NCBI GenBank assembly: GCA_046485285.1
Contig: JAWOHE010000089.1
Location: forward strand, 1-64,000
Direction of reading: 5' to 3'
DNA: 64,000 nt
Source of the DNA: a bacterium
Lineage (GTDB): Bacteria > Hydrothermota > Tepidihabitantia > Tepidihabitantales > Tepidihabitantaceae
The first letter of the stretch is position 1, and the number at the start of each line of letters is the position of its first letter. The notes under the pieces were generated by a model. That model worked only from the letters and a program-made list of their open reading frames with translations, made no database searches and was not told where the DNA came from. Below, one piece after another: positions 58,009-64,000 of this stretch. The translations under genes and the position numbers were made by a program.

Positions 58009-59387
58009 GCGAGGCGGTCGGTATGCGCGCGGTCCTCGAGCAGGCGCTCGCCGGGCTCGCGGTCGACTACGCCGACCTCCGGGTCGAGGAGACCGAGCGC
58101 TCGACGGTGCAGTACCGCGGCGAGGAGCTCGAGAGCGTCGGCCGCAACTTCGAGCGCGGCGGCTGCCTGCGGGTGTTCCACCGCGGCAACTGGGCGGTCG
58201 CGTCGTTCAACGGGATCGACGAGGGACTGGCCGGGCTCGCCCGGGAGCTCGCGCGGCAGGTCGAGGAGCTGCCGGCACAGGAGGGGATGGTCGCGCCGTT
58301 GCCGCCGCACGTCGAGACGGTGCGGCTCGACCCGGCGCACGACCCGCGCAAGCACGGCCTCGCCGAGAAGCGCGCGCTCCTCCATCACTACAACAGCATC
58401 CTGACCTCGACGCCGGGCATCGTCTCGACGGTCGCCCGCTACCTGGACGAGCACCGGTTCGTCTCCTTCCTTTCGACGGAAGGGCGGTACCTCGACCAGG
58501 AGTCGGCCGACTGCGGGTTCCACGTCCGGGCGGTGGCGCGCGACGGCGCCGACATCCAGGACTACGGCGACGGGTTCGGCAAGCCCCAGGGGTTCGAGGC
58601 GCTCCGCCACAAGGAGGCGCTGGTCGAGCGGGTGGCGAAGGTGGCGCGGGACCTGCTCAAGGCGGAGCCGGTCGCGGCCGGCCGCTACGCGGTGATCGTC
58701 GACCCGCTGCTGGCCGGGGTGTTCTGCCACGAGGCGTTCGGGCACCTGGCCGAGGCGGACCACGTCGCCGACAACCCGCAGCTCCGGGAGATGATGAAGC
58801 CGGGGATGAGGCTCGGCGTCGACGAGCTGACGATTGTCGATGACGCGACGGCGCCGGGCGAGCGGGGGAGCTTCCGGTTCGACGACGAAGGCGCCGCCGC
58901 GGCGCGGACCGAGCTCATCCGCCACGGCGTGCTCGTCGGCCGCCTGCACGACCGGCAGACCGCCCAGGCGATGAACGAGCCGCCGACCGGCAACGGCCGG
59001 GCGCTGTCGTACCGGCACCCGCCGCTGGTCCGGATGTCGAACACCTACATCGAGCCGCGCGAGGCCGAGCTCGACGACATGCTCGACCGGACCGAGCGCG
59101 GGCTCTACGTCTGTGGCAGTCGGGGCGGGATGACCGAGCTCGAGAGCTTCACCTTCTCGGCCCAGTACGCGTGGCTGGTCGAGGATGGCCGGAAGACGCG
59201 GATGGTGCGCGACGTGACGCTGGCCGGCAACGTCTTCGAGACGATGAAGAACATCACCGACATCGGCGACGACCTGGTGCTGTTCGGCGGGCTGGGCGGG
59301 TGCGGCAAGGCCGGGCAGGGGCCGCTCCCGGTCGGGCTGGGCGGTCCACACCTCAGGATCCGCGACGTGACGGTGGGCGGGAGGTGA
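58005..59387 (+). CDS. tldD: TldD metalloprotease
   Basis: HEAFGHLAEAD, FDDEG, RMSNTY, GCGKAGQ. Confidence 0.93.
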   Translation: MSEAVGMRAVLEQALAGLAVDYADLRVEETERSTVQYRGEELESVGRNFERGGCLRVFHRGNWAVASFNGIDEGLAGLARELARQVEELPAQEGMVAPLPPHVETVRLDPAHDPRKHGLAEKRALLHHYNSILTSTPGIVSTVARYLDEHRFVSFLSTEGRYLDQESADCGFHVRAVARDGADIQDYGDGFGKPQGFEALRHKEALVERVAKVARDLLKAEPVAAGRYAVIVDPLLAGVFCHEAFGHLAEADHVADNPQLREMMKPGMRLGVDELTIVDDATAPGERGSFRFDDEGAAAARTELIRHGVLVGRLHDRQTAQAMNEPPTGNGRALSYRHPPLVRMSNTYIEPREAELDDMLDRTERGLYVCGSRGGMTELESFTFSAQYAWLVEDGRKTRMVRDVTLAGNVFETMKNITDIGDDLVLFGGLGGCGKAGQGPLPVGLGGPHLRIRDVTVGGR

Positions 59388-60694
59388 CGGTGCGGGCGGA
59401 CGCGATACTGGCGATGGCCCGGCACCGGGCGGATGCCGCCGAGGTCTACGACGAGGAGTCGGACCGCACCGTCGTCGAGTTCCGGGGCGGCCGGTTCCAG
59501 TCGCAGGTGACGCGACTCACCCGCGGCTGCGGGCTCCGGGTCATCAAGGACGGCCGGCTAGGGTTCTCGTCCTCGACCAACGACGAGCGCTACGACGAGC
59601 TGGTCGACGCGGCGCTCGAGACCGCGGTGCTGGGCCGGCCGGCGGCGTTCGGGTTCGCCGGGCCGGCGGCGATGCCGACGGTCGCCGCCTGCGAAAGCCG
59701 GGTGATGCTCCACCCGCTGGCGCGGATGATCGAGTGGGGCCGCGAGCTGTGCGCGGCGATGCGGGCGCGGGTGCCGGAGCTCGCGCTCGACCTGGCCTTC
59801 GACCGGACCTGGCACGAGACCCGGGTCCGGACGACCGCCGGGCTCGAGGCGGAGTCCGCCCGGGCGACGTTCGAGCTGGCCGCGAGCGGGGTCATCGCCG
59901 GCGACGGCATCTTCTGGCTACCGGAGTACGTCAACCTCTCCGACGGCCGGCACTTCGACCCGGGGCCGCTCTGCGACCGGCTCGAGGCGGCGGCACGTCG
60001 GGGCCGACGCCGGGCCCGGCTGGCGAGCGGGACGCACCCGGTCATCGTCCTGCCACTGGCGCTGCCGGCCCTGCTCGCGCCGCTGCGGGCCGGGGTCGAC
60101 GGCCGCCAGGCCGCCCGGCGTACCTCGCCGCTTGCGGGCCGGGAGGGCGAGCGGATCCTCGCCGGCGTGCTGACCATCAGCGACGACCCGCTCCGGAGCC
60201 ACGGGCTCGAGAGCACACCGTTCGACGGCGAAGGACTGCCGGCCCGGCGCAACCCGCTGTTCGAGCGCGGGGTCTTCCGGGGCTTCCTGCACGACCTCGC
60301 CTCGGCCGCGGCCGTGGGCGCGGAGAGCACCGGCTCGGCGCGGCGCGACTACGCGAGCCCGCCCGGGCCGGGGGTGAGCAACCTCGAAATCGAGCCGGGG
60401 ACAACGCCGCTCGAGCAGGCGATCGCGGCGACCAGCGACGGCCTGCTGGTCGCCGGCTTCGTCGGCGACGGGCAGTCGAACGTCCTCGCCGGCGAGGTCG
60501 CACTCAACGCGACCTCGGCGTTCCGCATCGAAGGCGGCGAACTCGCGGGCCGGGTTAAGGACGCGATGGTCGCCGGCAACGTCTATGAAATGCTCGCGTC
60601 GGTGGACCTGGTCGGCGCGGAGGTCCGCGACCTCGGCCGCCAGTTCCTGCCCTGGCTGCGGTTCCCGGCGCTGAGAGTGGCGACCCGGGACTAG
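59384..60694 (+). CDS. pmbA: TldE/PmbA partner protein
   Basis: GLRVIKDGRLGF, DDPL, PFDGEG, STGSA.R; lacks HExxH. Confidence 0.88.
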   Translation: MTVRADAILAMARHRADAAEVYDEESDRTVVEFRGGRFQSQVTRLTRGCGLRVIKDGRLGFSSSTNDERYDELVDAALETAVLGRPAAFGFAGPAAMPTVAACESRVMLHPLARMIEWGRELCAAMRARVPELALDLAFDRTWHETRVRTTAGLEAESARATFELAASGVIAGDGIFWLPEYVNLSDGRHFDPGPLCDRLEAAARRGRRRARLASGTHPVIVLPLALPALLAPLRAGVDGRQAARRTSPLAGREGERILAGVLTISDDPLRSHGLESTPFDGEGLPARRNPLFERGVFRGFLHDLASAAAVGAESTGSARRDYASPPGPGVSNLEIEPGTTPLEQAIAATSDGLLVAGFVGDGQSNVLAGEVALNATSAFRIEGGELAGRVKDAMVAGNVYEMLASVDLVGAEVRDLGRQFLPWLRFPALRVATRD

Positions 60695-60726
60695 CCGGGC
60701 AAGGACCTGGAGAACAGGAGGCGACA

Positions 60727-63291
60727 TTGACGAAGGCAAAGCTGACCGCACTCGAGAAGAAACTCGCGCTCGGGCCGGGCGCGCTGGCGTGGACCTGCCC
60801 GCCCGGGTGTCTCAAGTTCACGACCACCGACGACATCAAGCCACCCGCGGCCGACCCCGGCGACGACCACTGCGGCATCGTCGGCCAGCGCCGGGCGGTT
60901 GACGCGCTTGCGCTCGGGCTCGAGATAAAGGCCTCGGGCTACAACGTCTTCGTCACCGGGCCGGTCGGCACGGGCCGGACGACGACGGTCCGCCAGCTCC
61001 TCACGCGCTACGAGCGGGCGCCGCGCCGGCTCGACGACAAGTGCTACGTCAACAACTTCAAGGACCCGGACCAGCCGATCCTGCTTCGGCTGGCGGCCGG
61101 GGCGGGCCGGCGGTTCGCGCGGGAGCTGGACGAGTTCGTCGAATACCTCGCCGCCAACCTGCCCAACCAGTTCGAGAGCGAGGCCTACCAGCACAGCCGG
61201 GCCGCGATCGTCGAGTCGTTCAAGGAACGGGGCGGGGGCAAGGTCCGCGAGTTCGAGAAGAAGGTCGCCGCGGCCGGGTTCGCGCTCGTCCAGGTCGCGC
61301 CGTTCGTCAAGCCGGAGCTGGCGCCGATCGTCGAGAAACAGCCGGCGAAGATGGACGCCCTGCCGGCGCTGGTTGATGAGGGGCGGCTGACCATGGCGCG
61401 GGCGGACGAGATCCGCAAGAGCCACCGGGAACTGACGGGCGAACTCGCGGCGATCTTCAAGGAGATCCGCGGCGACGAGCGCGAGGCCCGCGAGGCGCTC
61501 GAGGCGCTTGACCGGGGCGTGGTCGAGCCGGTGCTCGGCGAGCGGCTCGGCGACATTGCCGACCACCACCCGGGCGAGAAGGTCAAGGCCTGGCTCGACG
61601 ACGTCAAGGAGTCGATCCTCGGCAACATCGACCTGTTCCGGAGCCAGCCCCAGGCCGAGAAACCGGCGCCGGGCGCGGTTGACCCGTACCTCGAGTACCG
61701 GGTCAACGTGCTGGTCGACAACCGCCGGACGAAGGGCGCGCCGATCGTCTTCGAGACCAACCCGAACTACAAGAACCTGTTCGGGACGATCGAGCGGGTG
61801 GTTGACCGGTCCGGCCAGTGGCGGACCGACTTCACGAAGGTCAAGGCCGGGTCGGTCCTGCGCGCGGACGGCGGCTTCCTCGTGCTGAACGCGCTCGACG
61901 TGCTGGTCGAGCCCGGGGTCTGGCCGGCGCTGAAGCGGACGCTGCGCAACCGGCGGCTGGAGATATCGGCCTACGAGCCGTTCCTGTCGATGCTGTCGCT
62001 GACGGCGATGAAGCCGGAGCAGGTCGCGATCGACATCAAGGTCGTGATGGTCGGCGACCCATACGTCTACTCGGTGCTGGCGGCCTACGACGAGGACTTC
62101 CGGAAGATCTTCAAGGTCCGGGCCGACTTCGACTGGGTGATGGACCTCGACGACCACGCCATCGGCCAGTACAGCCGGGTCATCAAGCTGCTCTGCGACA
62201 ACGAGAAGCTGCTCCCCTTTGACCGGAGCGGCGTCAAGCGGGTCGTCGAGCACGGCGTCCGGCTGGCCGGGCGGCAGGACAAGCTCTCGACCCGGTTCAA
62301 CATCGTCGGCGACGTGCTCAAGGAGGCGAGCTACTGGGCGGCCCGGACCGGGGCGAAGCGCGTCAGGGCCGCGCACGTCCAGCAGGCAATCGACGGCCGG
62401 CGCGAGCGGGTCAGGCTCTACGAGGATAAGCTCCAGGAGCTGATCGACCGGGGCACGGTGTTCATCGCCACCGCGGGCCGGGCGCAGGGCCAGGTCAACG
62501 GGCTGGCGGTCTACGACACCGGCGAGCACGCCTTCGGCAAGCCGGCGCGAATCACCGCGAAGACCGGGGTCGGCGCGGCCGGCATCATCAACATCGAGCG
62601 CGAGTCGGCGCTGTCCGGCCCGACCCACGACAAGGGCGTCTACATCCTCACCGGGTACCTGCGCAACAAGTACGCCCGGCGCCGGCCGCTGGTGATGTCG
62701 GCATCGATAACCTTCGAGCAGAGCTACGGCGGGGTGGACGGCGACTCGGCCTCGTCGACCGAAGTCTACGCCCTGCTCTCCGACCTCGCCGGGCTCGGCA
62801 TCCGGCAGGACCTCGCGGTCACCGGCTCGGTGGACCAGCACGGCCGGGTCCAGCCGATCGGCGGCGTCAACGAGAAGGTCGAGGGGTTCTACGAGGTCTG
62901 CGTCCGGCGCGGTCTCACCGGCCGGCAGGGCGTCATCATCCCGAAGGCCAACGCCGGCGACCTGATGCTCCGGCCGGACGTGGTCGAGGCGGTCGGGAAG
63001 GGGAAGTTCCACGTCTACGCGGTCGAGACGATCGACGACGGCATCGAGCTGCTCACCGGGGTCCCGGCGGGCAAGGCGAGCCGCGGTGGTGCCTACCCGC
63101 CGGGCTCGGTCCACGACCGGGTCGCGAAGCGGCTCGAGGAGCTCGCCGAACTCCAACGGCGCTACGAGGGCGACGGCGCGAAGCCGGCCGCGAAGAAGCG
63201 CGGGGCCGGGCTCAGGAAGCGCGGCGAGGCGGGGCCGGCGCGGCGGTCACCCGCGCCGCGCGGACGAGGTCGGCGAAGCCCGCGGGCTTGA
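60727..63291 (+). CDS. Lon-like AAA+ protease (S16, LonC-type)
   Basis: GQ.RA, GPVGTGRTT, GQVNGL, FEQSYGGVDGDSAS, PIGGVNEKVEGF. Confidence 0.92.
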   Translation: MTKAKLTALEKKLALGPGALAWTCPPGCLKFTTTDDIKPPAADPGDDHCGIVGQRRAVDALALGLEIKASGYNVFVTGPVGTGRTTTVRQLLTRYERAPRRLDDKCYVNNFKDPDQPILLRLAAGAGRRFARELDEFVEYLAANLPNQFESEAYQHSRAAIVESFKERGGGKVREFEKKVAAAGFALVQVAPFVKPELAPIVEKQPAKMDALPALVDEGRLTMARADEIRKSHRELTGELAAIFKEIRGDEREAREALEALDRGVVEPVLGERLGDIADHHPGEKVKAWLDDVKESILGNIDLFRSQPQAEKPAPGAVDPYLEYRVNVLVDNRRTKGAPIVFETNPNYKNLFGTIERVVDRSGQWRTDFTKVKAGSVLRADGGFLVLNALDVLVEPGVWPALKRTLRNRRLEISAYEPFLSMLSLTAMKPEQVAIDIKVVMVGDPYVYSVLAAYDEDFRKIFKVRADFDWVMDLDDHAIGQYSRVIKLLCDNEKLLPFDRSGVKRVVEHGVRLAGRQDKLSTRFNIVGDVLKEASYWAARTGAKRVRAAHVQQAIDGRRERVRLYEDKLQELIDRGTVFIATAGRAQGQVNGLAVYDTGEHAFGKPARITAKTGVGAAGIINIERESALSGPTHDKGVYILTGYLRNKYARRRPLVMSASITFEQSYGGVDGDSASSTEVYALLSDLAGLGIRQDLAVTGSVDQHGRVQPIGGVNEKVEGFYEVCVRRGLTGRQGVIIPKANAGDLMLRPDVVEAVGKGKFHVYAVETIDDGIELLTGVPAGKASRGGAYPPGSVHDRVAKRLEELAELQRRYEGDGAKPAAKKRGAGLRKRGEAGPARRSPAPRGRGRRSPRA

Positions 63292-63868
63292 CGACGCCGC
63301 CGGAGACGACGAGCTTGAGACCCTCGTCGGTCGTCAGCGCGGTCTCGGTGAGGTCCTCCTCCGGGATGAGCGCGAGCCAGCCCGAGGTCGGGTTGGGCGT
63401 GGTCGGGAAGTAGACGAACACCGCCCGGCGGCCGTCGGCCAGCGTCACCCGCTCGTCCGAGGTCTGGAAGCCGATCGCGAGGAGGCCCGGCCGCGGGTAC
63501 TCGGCGATGACCGTCTTGCGCAGGGAGCTGCGCTTGACGAAGACCGCGTCGGCGAGCTCGCGGGTCGAGGTATAGATGCCGCGGATGAAGGGCAGGCGAC
63601 GCATCAGCCGGTCGAGCCGGCCGACGAACCAGCGGCCGGCGAGGCTGGTCGCGAGCGCGCCGACCGCGAGAATCAGCAGGACGACGATGACAAACCCGAT
63701 GACGGTCGTGACCCAGCCGGGCAGGCGGGTGAGCCAGGACTGGCGGGCGAGCAGGGGCGAGAGCAGGTCGCCGAGCCGGGTGACGAGGAACCAGACCACG
63801 AACGCGCTCAGCCCGAGCGGCAGGACCGTCGCGATGCCGGCGACGAGGTACTTGCGAAGCTGGCCCAC
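63212..63868 (-). CDS. DUF502 membrane protein
   Basis: P.IRGIY, EYPRPG, FPTTPNPTSG, K.VVSGG. Confidence 0.92.
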   Translation of the reverse strand: MGQLRKYLVAGIATVLPLGLSAFVVWFLVTRLGDLLSPLLARQSWLTRLPGWVTTVIGFVIVVLLILAVGALATSLAGRWFVGRLDRLMRRLPFIRGIYTSTRELADAVFVKRSSLRKTVIAEYPRPGLLAIGFQTSDERVTLADGRRAVFVYFPTTPNPTSGWLALIPEEDLTETALTTDEGLKLVVSGGVVKPAGFADLVRAARVTAAPAPPRRAS

Positions 63869-64000
63869 GAATCAAGTGTAGCGCGAAAACCGCCGCCCGG
63901 CAACGCCGGTCAGGGGACGCGGTGCGGGCCTACCGGGCGCGCCAGTCGGCGAGCGGGCGTTCGAGGGTCGTACTGCCGCGCACGACCGTGAAGCCGAGCC

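Noticed and set aside
63212-63291. 80-bp overlap of the Lon-like and DUF502 3' ends as a functional feature
   Set aside because: Both tails are low-complexity extensions typical of stop-poor GC-rich DNA

Overview
GC-rich bacterial chromosomal window using the standard code. T9SS/FlgD-like C-terminal sorting domains, an archaeal-type PheRS and a V-ATPase D subunit suggest an FCB-related lineage such as WOR-3 (inference only). Housekeeping and metabolic genes include topA, acpP-fabF-etfB-coaE, hisS, lepB, pheS/pheT, tldD/pmbA, a Lon-like protease and pruA. There is also a perR-katA-peroxiredoxin cluster, many secreted or lipoprotein genes, IS481 and IS3 remnants and two decayed genes. Main signals: (1) a secreted protein at 51900-52889 read through an in-frame TGA in a Cys-TGA-x3-Cys context followed by a SECIS-like hairpin, i.e. 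a candidate selenoprotein; (2) next to it, a sigma54 activator gene followed by a full enhancer/IHF/-24-12 promoter that appears to drive a ~200-nt structured non-coding RNA with CUCCU loops, with a second promoter of the same design at ~6.2-6.35 kb cut off by IS3; (3) a split Cas4-like nuclease with both halves membrane-anchored; (4) a pair of thioester-domain-like lipoproteins (Cys and Ser variants); (5) a six-repeat Myb-like protein and a three-copy promoter/leader element linked to type IIG R-M C-terminal scars. All family assignments come from motif recognition by eye; no searches were run.
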